Both the position numbers and the translations under genes were made by a program. The notes beneath the pieces were generated by a model. The model was not told the DNA's origin. It saw only the letters and a program-made list of their open reading frames with translations, and ran no database searches. From NCBI GenBank assembly GCA_043812955.1, contig JBDRLN010000040.1, forward strand, positions 685-64,684: DNA of 64,000 bases. The letters run 5' to 3'. The DNA is from Candidatus Omnitrophota bacterium (lineage in GTDB: Bacteria; Omnitrophota; Gorgyraeia; Gygaellales; Profunditerraquicolaceae). This document shows positions 17,317 through 26,307 of this stretch, one piece after another. Each line of letters opens with the position of its first letter. Position 1 is the stretch's first letter.

Positions 17317-17879
17317 TGGGATTTTCCATCAATGAAATTAAAAATGGCTTGACTTTGTTGATCGATAAAGAAGCTTATGTAGTTATTGATTGTCAACAGG
17401 TCAAGCCGGGAAAAGGCGCTGCCTTTGTCCGGATTAAAATACGTAATCTTAAAACCGGCAATGTCCAGGAAAGGACATTCAGGGGCGATGAAAAGATCGA
17501 GGAGGCTTATATTGAGGAACGCAAACTCCAGTATCTTTATGCCTCGGGAGAGATGTATCATTTTATGGACCAGGAGAATTATGAAGAGCTGGCTATTGCT
17601 AAAGATGTTTTAGGTGATAAGGCTAAATTCCTTAAGGACAATCTGGATATTATCGCCTCTCAATATAAAGAAAAGATTTTAAACGTGAGTCTCCCTAATT
17701 TTGTTGAGTTTAAGATTGTTCATACCGAACCGGGTATTAAGGGTGATACTGCTAAGAGCGGAACTAAACCCGCGGAGATTGAGACCGGGGCAAGTATCCA
17801 GGTCCCGCTTTTTATCAATACCGGGGACAGGATTAAAGTTGATACGCGCTCGGGTAGTTATATTGAAAGAGCGGCCTAA
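17301..17879 (+). CDS. efp: Elongation factor P
   Basis: GLTLLIDKEAYVVIDCQQVKPGKGAAFVRIKIRNLKTGN. The true start may be GTG at 17319. Confidence 0.9.
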   Translation: MRGALVGFSINEIKNGLTLLIDKEAYVVIDCQQVKPGKGAAFVRIKIRNLKTGNVQERTFRGDEKIEEAYIEERKLQYLYASGEMYHFMDQENYEELAIAKDVLGDKAKFLKDNLDIIASQYKEKILNVSLPNFVEFKIVHTEPGIKGDTAKSGTKPAEIETGASIQVPLFINTGDRIKVDTRSGSYIERAA

Positions 17880-17980
17880 TCATAACCAAGGAAGGGCAGG
17901 GGCGAACCCGGCACCTTCTTTAAAATTCAATCATTATAATACAAAAACCTTAGATTCATGAACTAGAAGGAAGGTGCGGG

Positions 17981-18442
17981 ATGAATATCAAAGAAATTAA
18001 AGAGATGATTAATCTCATGAATGAAAATGAATTAGTGGAATTGGAAGTAGAGAAAGATGGTATGCGTATAAGATTAAAGAAGACCATGACTGACTCTGCG
18101 GGTTTTAACGGTCCGGTGGTTATAGACAGGCAAAAGATGCCTGAAAGTACGCATCCCAGAGAAGTCAATGCCCAGGCAATAACTGAGAAGCCTCAAGTAA
18201 GGACGGTAGAGGTAAAGGCCCCGATGGTCGGGACATTTTATCGCGCGCCTTCTCCGGAAGCCCCTCCCTATATTGAAGTAGGCCAGGTTCTCGAATCCGG
18301 CCAGGTAGTCTGTATTATCGAGGCCATGAAATTGATGAATGAGATTAAATCTGAAATCCGAGGTAAGGTTGTGGAGATCTTAGTTGATAATGCCGAGCCG
18401 GTAGAGTTTGGCCAGCCGATGTTTATCATAGAACCTTTCTAA
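17981..18442 (+). CDS. accB: Acetyl-CoA carboxylase biotin carboxyl carrier protein
   Basis: Biotinyl-lysine motif EAMKLMNEI. Confidence 0.9.
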   Translation: MNIKEIKEMINLMNENELVELEVEKDGMRIRLKKTMTDSAGFNGPVVIDRQKMPESTHPREVNAQAITEKPQVRTVEVKAPMVGTFYRAPSPEAPPYIEVGQVLESGQVVCIIEAMKLMNEIKSEIRGKVVEILVDNAEPVEFGQPMFIIEPF

Positions 18443-18447
18443 AAAAT

Positions 18448-19809
18448 ATGTTTTCCAAAATACTAATAGCTAACCGCGGCGAAATAGCCTTAAGGATAAT
18501 CCGGGCTTGTAAAGAATTAGGCATCCGTACGGTAGCGGTATATTCGGAGGCCGACAGAAATTCATTACATGTGCGTTTTGCCGATGAGGCTATTTGTATC
18601 GGCCAGCCAGCCAGCAATAAAAGTTATCTTAATATTCCCTCTATTATCAGCGCGGCTGAAATTACCGACGTTGAGGCGATCCATCCCGGTTATGGTTTTT
18701 TAGCTGAAAACCCCCATTTTGCCGAAATATGCGAGTCTTGTAATATAAAATTCATCGGCCCGACAGCGGAGAATATCCGTCTTATGGGCGATAAGATGAA
18801 TGCCCGTAATACTATGCAAAGAGCGGGCTTGCCGATTATCCCGGGGAGCATCGGAATTATTAAGAATAAGGATGAGGCGGTCAAGGTCGCTAAAAAAATC
18901 GGTTATCCGGTGATAATAAAAGCCTCCGCAGGCGGCGGCGGCAAGGGGATGCGCATCTGCCATAATGATATAACTTTGGCCTCCAGTTTTATGACCGCCC
19001 AATCAGAGGCCGAGGCGAATTTTGGCAACCCGGCTGTATACATCGAAAAATACCTGGAAAAACCCCGGCATATTGAAATCCAGATTTTAGCTGATAATCA
19101 CGGGCATGTTTTGCATTTAGGGGAAAGAGATTGCAGTATTCAAAGAAGGCATCAAAAATTATTGGAAGAATCTCCGTCCTCGGCAGTGGATTCCAAATTA
19201 CGTAAACGTTTAGGAGAGTTAGCGGTCAAGGCGGCTAAAGTTGTAAATTACACTAATCTGGGGACGATGGAATTTCTCCTGGATAAACATAATAATTTTT
19301 ATTTTATGGAGATGAATACCCGGATCCAAGTCGAGCATCCGGTAACCGAATTAGTAACCGGCCTTGACTTAATCAAAGAACAGATATTCGTAGCTTCCGG
19401 GGGAAAGCTTAAAATCCGGCAGGATGACATCAAGTTCAAGGGGGCGGCTATAGAATGCCGGATCAATGCTGAGGATTATGAGAATAATTTTATGCCTTCA
19501 CCCGGCAAAATTGAAATGCTAAATTTGCCCGGAGGCCCGGGGGTGCGGGTGGATACCCATATTTATCCCGGTTACGAGATACCTCCTTATTATGATTCTT
19601 TAGTGGCAAAATTGATAGTCCATGGCAATAACCGGGAAGAGGCGATCAGGATAATGCGCCGGGCTTTAAATGAGTTTATTATTAGTCCGGTAAAGTCAAC
19701 CGTAAATTTTCATATCCGTCTTCTGGATAATCCCCTGTTTCTTAAGGGCGACATTTCTACTCATTTTGTTCAGGAGATGTTCTCTGATGTTTTGGATAAA
19801 ACAGAATAG
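18448..19809 (+). CDS. accC: Acetyl-CoA carboxylase biotin carboxylase subunit
   Basis: [26 protein letters not shown]... ATP-grasp fold. Confidence 0.95.
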   Translation: MFSKILIANRGEIALRIIRACKELGIRTVAVYSEADRNSLHVRFADEAICIGQPASNKSYLNIPSIISAAEITDVEAIHPGYGFLAENPHFAEICESCNIKFIGPTAENIRLMGDKMNARNTMQRAGLPIIPGSIGIIKNKDEAVKVAKKIGYPVIIKASAGGGGKGMRICHNDITLASSFMTAQSEAEANFGNPAVYIEKYLEKPRHIEIQILADNHGHVLHLGERDCSIQRRHQKLLEESPSSAVDSKLRKRLGELAVKAAKVVNYTNLGTMEFLLDKHNNFYFMEMNTRIQVEHPVTELVTGLDLIKEQIFVASGGKLKIRQDDIKFKGAAIECRINAEDYENNFMPSPGKIEMLNLPGGPGVRVDTHIYPGYEIPPYYDSLVAKLIVHGNNREEAIRIMRRALNEFIISPVKSTVNFHIRLLDNPLFLKGDISTHFVQEMFSDVLDKTE

Positions 19810-19819
19810 GAATTAAATT

Positions 19820-20176
19820 ATGTTAGATAAGCAGGATTCGCGGACTGATCTGGGAATAATCAAAATACATAAAAATGCCATTGCCTCTATTACCTCAATC
19901 GCCGCCGCTGAGATAGAGGGGGTGAGTTCTTTGGGAGATAGTTTTAAATTAAGTTGGAACCTTTTTTTAGGTCAAAAAGAAAGCCGTTCGATCAGAGTCG
20001 AGATCGATAAAAACCAAGAATTAAGGATCACTGTTCCCTTGATTGTAAAATACGGGTATAATATACCGGATATCGCGTCCAGGGTTCAAGAGAATGTGCG
20101 GCAAGCCTTGGAAAAGAGCACTAATTTATCCTTGAAAGATATAAATATCGTGGTCAAGGGAGTCAAGAAAGATTAA
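19820..20176 (+). CDS. Asp23/Gls24 family envelope-stress protein
   Basis: GIIKIHKNAIASITSIAAAEIEGVSSL. Confidence 0.8.
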   Translation: MLDKQDSRTDLGIIKIHKNAIASITSIAAAEIEGVSSLGDSFKLSWNLFLGQKESRSIRVEIDKNQELRITVPLIVKYGYNIPDIASRVQENVRQALEKSTNLSLKDINIVVKGVKKD

Positions 20177-20190
20177 CCCGAGGAGGCGTT

Positions 20191-20799
20191 ATGAGAATAT
20201 TAACGGTTATATTTTATACGGTTATACTTATTTTTATCGGTATCAGCATGGTATTATTTTCTCTGGCGCTTACTTTTAATTTTCTTGATATCGAAGGCGT
20301 CAGTAAGATTATTAGCTATATACATTCTGACATGAATATCCGGCTTATTCTCGGCGGATCTGGATTGGCCCTGATATTAATCAGTATTTCTTTTGCCCAG
20401 GTTATCCTGGGTCGTTTCCAGCGGGAAAAAACCATTGCTTTCTCTACTGCCAGCGGCGAGGTAACTATAGCCCTTTCAGCAATAGAAGACCTGCTCAAAC
20501 ATTTTATTTATATTATGCCCGAAATTAAGGAATTGAAACCGGATGTTATTGCCGGAAAAAAAGGGATTCTGGTAAACTTGAGGATAGTTTTAAAATCCGA
20601 GGCTAATCTGCCGGACCTAACTGCCCGTTTGCAGGAGATGACTAAGTCTAAGATCCAGGAAGTTTTGGGGGTTGAGGAGGAAATAATCACCAGGATACAT
20701 ATAGCAAAAATTATCTCGCATGATGATAAAGATAAAAAAAGAAGAGAACCTGAAAAAGAAGAAACTGCTATTCCCTTTGGGGGGTATGGCAGGGCCTAA
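20191..20799 (+). CDS. Membrane protein, probable Asp23 membrane-anchor partner (AmaP-like)
   Basis: Two N-terminal TM helices and a charged C-terminal tail, immediately downstream of asp23. Confidence 0.45.
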   Translation: MRILTVIFYTVILIFIGISMVLFSLALTFNFLDIEGVSKIISYIHSDMNIRLILGGSGLALILISISFAQVILGRFQREKTIAFSTASGEVTIALSAIEDLLKHFIYIMPEIKELKPDVIAGKKGILVNLRIVLKSEANLPDLTARLQEMTKSKIQEVLGVEEEIITRIHIAKIISHDDKDKKRREPEKEETAIPFGGYGRA

Positions 20800-20816
20800 A
20801 AAGAGGAGAGTCGAGC

Positions 20817-21842
20817 ATGAAGATCGGTATTCTGACAGGCGGCGGGGATTGTCCGGGTTTAAATCCGGTGATCCGGGCAGTTGTGCGCAAGGCTAATTAC
20901 GAAGGCTATGAAATAGTAGGCATAAAGAATGGCTGGAAAGGGTTGATTGAAAACGATACCCTAAAATTAGACCTAAACGCGGTTTCCGGAATCTTACCTA
21001 AGGGCGGCACTATATTAGGAACCAGCCGGACTAACCCGTATAAAAAAGAAGGCGCTGTTGAAAAAGTAAAACAGAATTATATAAAGATGGGGTTAGATGC
21101 CTTAATTGCTGTAGGCGGCGAGGATACCCTGGGAGTAGCCTCAAAATTGGTCAAAGACGGTTTGGCGGTAGTGGGAGTGCCTAAGACAATCGATAATGAC
21201 CTTTCCTGTACTGACTATACTTTTGGTTTTGATACAGCCATTAATACCGCGATGGAATGTATTGACCGGTTGCATACTACTGCTGAAAGCCATCATCGGA
21301 TAATTGTTGCCGAGGTAATGGGCAGGCATGCGGGCTGGATTGCTATAGAAGCCGGCCTGGCTGGAGGAGCGGATGTAATCCTTATTCCGGAAATACCTAT
21401 AGATATGGAAGAGGTTTGTTCTATAATCAAGAAAAGGCATCTTCGAGGAAAGACATTTAGTATTGTGGTAGTCGCTGAGGGGGCCCAGTTTAAAGATAAG
21501 GATTTAATTACTCAGGAAGAAAAACTGGATGAATTTGGCCACATCAGATTGGGCGGTATCGGCGAGCTCTTGGGCAGAGAGATAGAAAAAAGAACCGGTT
21601 TTGAAACCCGGGTAAGCGTGCTCGGACATATTCAAAGAGGCGGAACTCCTACGGCTTTTGACCGGATTTTAGGCACCCGGTTTGGGGTAAAGGCCGTAGA
21701 GTTAGTTAAAAACAAAAAATTCGGCAGGATGGTTGCCTTAATGGGGAATAAGATAGTCGATGTTCCTCTGGAAGAGGCAGTTAAGGCCTTAAAGACCGTG
21801 GACGATGAGCTATATGATATAGCTAAAGTATTTTTCGGGTGA
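20817..21842 (+). CDS. pfkA: 6-phosphofructokinase (ATP- or PPi-dependent PfkA family)
   Basis: MKIGILTGGGDCPGLNPVIRAVV ... GGEDTLG ... PKTIDND. Confidence 0.9.
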   Translation: MKIGILTGGGDCPGLNPVIRAVVRKANYEGYEIVGIKNGWKGLIENDTLKLDLNAVSGILPKGGTILGTSRTNPYKKEGAVEKVKQNYIKMGLDALIAVGGEDTLGVASKLVKDGLAVVGVPKTIDNDLSCTDYTFGFDTAINTAMECIDRLHTTAESHHRIIVAEVMGRHAGWIAIEAGLAGGADVILIPEIPIDMEEVCSIIKKRHLRGKTFSIVVVAEGAQFKDKDLITQEEKLDEFGHIRLGGIGELLGREIEKRTGFETRVSVLGHIQRGGTPTAFDRILGTRFGVKAVELVKNKKFGRMVALMGNKIVDVPLEEAVKALKTVDDELYDIAKVFFG

Positions 21843-21845
21843 AAT

Positions 21846-22412
21846 ATGAGAGAGAGAATAAAAGAGATATTATTAGAGAGTATTCAGATTAAGGAAGATA
21901 CCCTGCATCAGCGTATCGATCAGATTATTGAAATAACTAACCTGGTTATTGATTGCCTGAAAAAAAACGGCAAGGTGATCTTTTTCGGTAATGGCGGCTC
22001 GGCCAGTGATAGCCAGCATTTAGCCGCTGAATTAGTAGGCCGGTTTAAAAAGGAGAGACTGGCCTTGCCGGCGATCTCCCTGACTACTAATACGTCGATC
22101 TTAACCGCTCTGGCCAATGATTATGGGTATGAGATAGTTTTTTCCCGGCAGATCGAGGCCTTAGCAAACAAGAATGATTTAGCCGTTGGCATATCAACCA
22201 GCGGAAAGGCTAAAAATGTGGCCATGGCTATAAAGCAGGCCAAGAAGATGGGGCTTAAGACAGTCGCTTTTACCGGCGGAGATGGCGGAGAATTAGTAAA
22301 GTTGGCTGATGTGGCTTTAGTAGTAAATTCCGTAGTAACCGCCCGGATTCAGGAGGCCCATATCACTGTCGGGCATATTATATGCGAATTAGTGGAAGAG
22401 ACGCTGGGTTAA
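21846..22412 (+). CDS. gmhA: SIS-domain phosphoheptose isomerase
   Basis: SIS domain with GNGGSASDSQHLAAEL. Confidence 0.85.
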   Translation: MRERIKEILLESIQIKEDTLHQRIDQIIEITNLVIDCLKKNGKVIFFGNGGSASDSQHLAAELVGRFKKERLALPAISLTTNTSILTALANDYGYEIVFSRQIEALANKNDLAVGISTSGKAKNVAMAIKQAKKMGLKTVAFTGGDGGELVKLADVALVVNSVVTARIQEAHITVGHIICELVEETLG

Positions 22413-22885
22413 ATAGAAAGATAAAGCCTTTAGTTGAATTAAAGCGGATAATACTCTCGCTTAAGGCCCGAGGTAAAACAATAGTATTTACCAATGGCTG
22501 TTTTGATTTATTGCATTATGGCCATGTTAAGTATTTAGAAGATGCTAGGCAGAAAGGCGACTGTTTGATAGTAGCCCTGAACAGCGATTCTTCGCTAAGA
22601 CGGATAAAGGGGAAGAAAAGGCCTATTGTTAAAGAGCTTGACCGAGCCAGGGTCCTGGCCGGATTAGAGAGTGTTGATTATGTGGTTATTTTTAGCCAGG
22701 ATACTCCTCTTAAAGCTATAAAATATCTCAAGCCTGATATCTTAGTTAAGGGGGCGGATTGGGGCCTTAAAGATATAGTGGGAAGAGAGGTAGTTTTTAA
22801 ATACGGAGGCAGGACCGCGGTAATAAAATTCTTAAAAGGCTATTCTACCACCAATCTTATAGATAAAATTGCCAAGAAATTCTAA
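22382..22885 (+). CDS. D-glycero-beta-D-manno-heptose 1-phosphate adenylyltransferase (HldE domain II / RfaE-like cytidylyltransferase)
   Basis: TNGCFDLLHYGHVKYLEDA nucleotidyltransferase HxGH motif. Confidence 0.8.
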   Translation: MRISGRDAGLNRKIKPLVELKRIILSLKARGKTIVFTNGCFDLLHYGHVKYLEDARQKGDCLIVALNSDSSLRRIKGKKRPIVKELDRARVLAGLESVDYVVIFSQDTPLKAIKYLKPDILVKGADWGLKDIVGREVVFKYGGRTAVIKFLKGYSTTNLIDKIAKKF

Positions 22886-23312
22886 AAGCAAAGGAATAGA
22901 TAGGATTATTGACGCCAACTTAAACCGGATTAAGGAAGGCTTACGGGTCCTGGAGGAGATATCCCGTTTTGTCCTGGTAAACCGCTACCTTACCTCGGAA
23001 TTAAAAAAGTTCAGGCATCGGTTGGATTCAATAATCAAAATTCTTCCCCAAAGGGGAGTTCTGTTGAAAGACAGAAACAGCCTTAAGGATATCGGCAAAA
23101 CCATTTATATGAATGAGCTGCGCCGGAACGATTGCCGGGATATTTTTTCTGCCAATATACAGAGGGTCAAAGAATCTTTAAGGGTATTAGAGGAATTTTC
23201 TAAATTAAAAGATACTCGCGCGGCAATAAGATTTAAAGAGGCCAGGTACTACATCTATGAATTGGAAAAAAAGATCGATCAAAGACTGTCGTCTTTACGC
23301 TATCTTAGATAA
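22869..23312 (+). CDS. Conserved hypothetical protein with an internal two-fold repeat, overlapping the thiE start in a different frame
   Basis: Internal duplication NLNRIKEGLRVLEEISRF / NIQRVKESLRVLEEFSKL. It overlaps thiE by 56 nt in the +1 frame. Confidence 0.4.
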   Translation: MPRNSKSKGIDRIIDANLNRIKEGLRVLEEISRFVLVNRYLTSELKKFRHRLDSIIKILPQRGVLLKDRNSLKDIGKTIYMNELRRNDCRDIFSANIQRVKESLRVLEEFSKLKDTRAAIRFKEARYYIYELEKKIDQRLSSLRYLR

Positions 23313-23895
23313 AGATGTTTTACTAAAAAGTTCCTTGTTTGATGTCGTACGGATGCTCATCCGCAGCGGTGTTGATATCGTTCAATACCGGGATAAGACG
23401 TCAGATAAAAAAACCATCCTCAAAGATTGCCTGTTATTAAAAAGACTATTCTTTAAAACTAAAACCATATTCATTATCAACGATCATGTTGATATTGCCT
23501 CCTTTGTAAATAGCGATGGAGCTCATCTGGGGCAGGCAGACCTTCCGATTAAAGCTGCCCGTAAATTATTAGGCAGCCGTAAGATTATCGGTATATCCTG
23601 CGAGAATTTAAAACAGGGCTTAATTGCCCAGGAAAGCGGAGCTGATTATTTAGGGTTGGGTCCGGTATTTGCCACCCCTATAAAGCAGGACAGTCTTCCG
23701 GTAGGACTAAATTTAATCAAAGAGTTTAACGCGAAGATCCGTATACCTTATTTTGTAATCGGGGGTATTAATTGTCATAATTTAGGCCAAATAAAAGCAG
23801 CCGGAGCTGATCGGGTGGCGATCTGCCGCGATTTATGTTTAGCTAAGAATATACTCAAGCAAGCCCGGAAGATCCGCGAAATTTTAAATAATTGA
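23257..23895 (+). CDS. thiE: Thiamine-phosphate synthase
   Basis: LYAILDKD N-terminus and the IINDHVDIASFVNSDGAHLGQ.DL active-site region. Confidence 0.85.
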   Translation: MNWKKRSIKDCRLYAILDKDVLLKSSLFDVVRMLIRSGVDIVQYRDKTSDKKTILKDCLLLKRLFFKTKTIFIINDHVDIASFVNSDGAHLGQADLPIKAARKLLGSRKIIGISCENLKQGLIAQESGADYLGLGPVFATPIKQDSLPVGLNLIKEFNAKIRIPYFVIGGINCHNLGQIKAAGADRVAICRDLCLAKNILKQARKIREILNN

Positions 23896-25184
23896 TTATA
23901 ATGACCCAATTAGAATACGCCAGGAATAATATTCTTACCCCAATAATGAAGAAGATCGCTTCATTAGAAGGAATGCCTGCAAAAATATTTTTAGATCGCT
24001 TAAGCCTGGGTAAGATCGTCATCCCCTTAAATAAAAATCATAAGTTAAAAAACCCCTGCGCAGTTGGTTTAGGCCTAAAAACTAAAATCAACGCTAATAT
24101 CGGCACTTCTCCGGATAAGGATAAAACCGGCGATGAATTGGAAAAATTAGCTGTAGCTATTAAATACGGCGCGGATACGGTTATGGATCTGAGCGTAGGT
24201 GGTGATATCGTCGATGTCCGGCATAAGATATTAAAGGCTTCAACCGTTCCGGTTGGCACCGTGCCAATTTACGAAATAGCGCTGGAAGCTCAAAAGAAGA
24301 AGAGAGATCTGCTTAAATTCGATATTTTTGGTATTTTAGATTGTTTAGAGAAGCAGGCGAGCGAGGGGGTTGATTTTTTTACTATTCATTGCGGAGTTAC
24401 CCGAAAGAGCCTGGAGGCCCTAAAAGGAAGTAGAAGGCTGATGGGGATTGTCTCCAGGGGCGGGGCGATAATTTCCGCTTGGATAAAGAAGAATAAAAAA
24501 GAAAACCCTTTTTATGAATATTTTGATAAGATCCTGGATATCGCTTATCGTTACGATGTAACCTTAAGCCTGGGCGATGGGTTGCGCCCGGGTTCAATAT
24601 TCGATGCTACTGATAATGCCCAGATCGCCGAGTTGAAGATTTTAGGGGAACTTTGTCTTAGGGCCAGAAAGAGGAATGTCCAGGTGATGGTCGAAGGCCC
24701 GGGGCATGTCCCTTTAAATCAGATCAAAGAAAATATTCTTCTGGAAAAAAAAATTTGCCGAGGCGCGCCCTTTTATGTGCTTGGCCCTTTAGTTACTGAT
24801 GTTGCTTGCGGATACGACCACATTACGTCTTCTATCGGAGGGGCCCTGGCAGCTAGTTATGGGGCGGACTTTTTATGTTATGTGACCCCTGCGGAGCATT
24901 TGCGCCTTCCTACGGTTGAAGATGTTCGGGAAGGGGTGATAGCCTCGCGGATTGCCGGACATGCGGCGGATATTGTCAAAGGTTTGCCTTCGGCTTTAGC
25001 CTGGGATAAAAAAATGTCCTTGGCCCGTAAAAAACGTAATTGGAAAGAGCAGATCAGGTTATCTATTGATCCGGATAAGGCTATGGCTTATCGTTCGTCT
25101 TCCCGTCCGGACTTATCTGATGTTTGCACTATGTGCGGAGAATACTGTTCAATCAAAATAAGTGAGAAGTGTTTTAAAAGATAA
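23892..25184 (+). CDS. thiC: Phosphomethylpyrimidine synthase
   Basis: Highly conserved ThiC core and a C-terminal CTMCGEYCSIK Fe-S motif. Confidence 0.95.
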   Translation: MIIMTQLEYARNNILTPIMKKIASLEGMPAKIFLDRLSLGKIVIPLNKNHKLKNPCAVGLGLKTKINANIGTSPDKDKTGDELEKLAVAIKYGADTVMDLSVGGDIVDVRHKILKASTVPVGTVPIYEIALEAQKKKRDLLKFDIFGILDCLEKQASEGVDFFTIHCGVTRKSLEALKGSRRLMGIVSRGGAIISAWIKKNKKENPFYEYFDKILDIAYRYDVTLSLGDGLRPGSIFDATDNAQIAELKILGELCLRARKRNVQVMVEGPGHVPLNQIKENILLEKKICRGAPFYVLGPLVTDVACGYDHITSSIGGALAASYGADFLCYVTPAEHLRLPTVEDVREGVIASRIAGHAADIVKGLPSALAWDKKMSLARKKRNWKEQIRLSIDPDKAMAYRSSSRPDLSDVCTMCGEYCSIKISEKCFKR

Positions 25185-25189
25185 ATATT

Positions 25190-25471
25190 GCGGGTGTAGT
25201 TTCCCGCCGGGCTATAGAATTGTGGGCGGGATCCCGACTGTTCAAAGTCAAGGTCGGGACATCGGTAGAGCACCAGCTTCCTCCCGGCGCAGACATGAAT
25301 TGGGGTCGGGATCACGACTATCCAGAAATAAGTGTCGTGTCAAGCTGTATGATAATTTGCGGGTGTAGTTCATCGGTAGAACACCAGCTTCCTCCCGACG
25401 CAGACATGAATTGGGGTCGGGATCACGCCTAGGCTCAGGTGGGTGGCGTGTCAAGCTGGTGAATACGATCT
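25190..25471 (+). repeat. Two tandem degenerate copies of the tRNA-Gly 5' half, each interrupted by GC-rich hairpin inserts
   Basis: GCGGGTGTAGTT...CCAGCTTCC recurs at 25190 and 25357, identical to the 5' half of the downstream tRNA. Inserts: TCCCGRCGCAGACATGAATTGGGGTCGGGA, plus a 60-nt double hairpin in copy 1. Confidence 0.65.
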
Positions 25472-25542
25472 GCGGGTGTAGTTCAATGGTAGAATGGCAG
25501 CTTCCCAAGCTGTATATGGCGGTTCGATTCCGCTCACCCGCT
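25472..25542 (+). tRNA. tRNA-Gly (anticodon CCC)
   Basis: Manual fold: acceptor GCGGGTG/CACCCGC, D-arm GTTC..GAAT, anticodon stem GCAGC/GCTGT with loop TTCCCAA, T-arm GGCGG-TTCGATT-CCGCT. No encoded CCA. Confidence 0.85.
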
Positions 25543-25605
25543 AAGAAATACAGTAGGTAGCCTGCCTGCCGGTAGGCAGGTAGGTAGTAGATAGGAAAGA
25601 AAAAG

Positions 25606-26307
25606 ATGCATAAAATAAGGGAATATGTATTAAGAAACAGAAAAAGAATAGCCTACATACTATATGCTACATGCTATATACTGTTCTTCGCAGGCTGTGC
25701 CAGTGTGCCGATGGTTGTGCCTACCCAGCAGATCCCGTTTAAGCCCGGTGGAGTTTATCACCGGGTAGAAAAAGGAGAAACCCTCTGGGCCATCTCCAAG
25801 AAATATTCACTAGGTGTTGATGATTTAGCCAGGGCAAACCATATCTTTGATGCTACCCGCGTGGAAATCGGGCAGTTACTATTTATACCCGAAAACAAGA
25901 GGTTTTTGCCGGTAAGGGTTTCCGCAAACGATGATTTTATCTGGCCTTTAGAAGGAAAAGTCATATCTGGTTTTGGCCAGAGTTTTAATAATATGGTCAA
26001 TAAGGGGTTGAATATTCAGCCTTTTAGCTCTAGGAATGTCCTGGCCTCGCGCAGCGGCAAGGTAGTTTTTTATAGCCATAATTTTCTTTCTTTTGGCAAG
26101 ACCTTGATTATCGATCACCAGGATGGTTTTCTGACGGTTTACGCCGGGGCCTCTGAGATCCTGGTAAAGACCGGAGATAATGTTTTAAAAGGAAATCTTA
26201 TTGCCCGGACTGACGCGGTTAATAACACAGCCGGGGATAAATCGTATTTACATTTTGAGATCAGGAAGGGCCATTTAGCTCAAAATCCTTATTTTTATCT
26301 GCCATGA
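25606..26307 (+). CDS. LysM domain and M23 peptidase domain protein (NlpD-like murein hydrolase or activator), lipoprotein-like
   Basis: Lipobox FFAGCAS. LysM YHRVEKGETLWAISKKYSLGVDDLARAN. C-terminal M23 fold. Confidence 0.85.
   Translation: MHKIREYVLRNRKRIAYILYATCYILFFAGCASVPMVVPTQQIPFKPGGVYHRVEKGETLWAISKKYSLGVDDLARANHIFDATRVEIGQLLFIPENKRFLPVRVSANDDFIWPLEGKVISGFGQSFNNMVNKGLNIQPFSSRNVLASRSGKVVFYSHNFLSFGKTLIIDHQDGFLTVYAGASEILVKTGDNVLKGNLIARTDAVNNTAGDKSYLHFEIRKGHLAQNPYFYLP

Noticed and set aside
17966-17983. Shared 16-mer GAAGGTGCGGGATGAA at the starts of accB, apt (59704) and, degenerate, the phosphoesterase gene (27897)
   Set aside because: It is most simply a strong Shine-Dalgarno (AAGGTG) plus start-codon context. 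I did not treat it as a regulatory element.
23257-25184. Looked for a TPP riboswitch in front of thiE/thiC
   Set aside because: The thiamine genes overlap each other and the upstream genes with no leader. No CTGAGA/ACCTGATCTGGATAATGCCAGCG-like core is present.
25220-25508. ORF-track entries 25220-25432 (+) and 25248-25508 (-) with the repeated peptide VEHQLPPxADMNWGRDH
   Set aside because: They are reading-frame artefacts of the tandem tRNA-Gly 5'-half repeats and hairpin inserts. There is no RBS and they overlap a tRNA-like structure.
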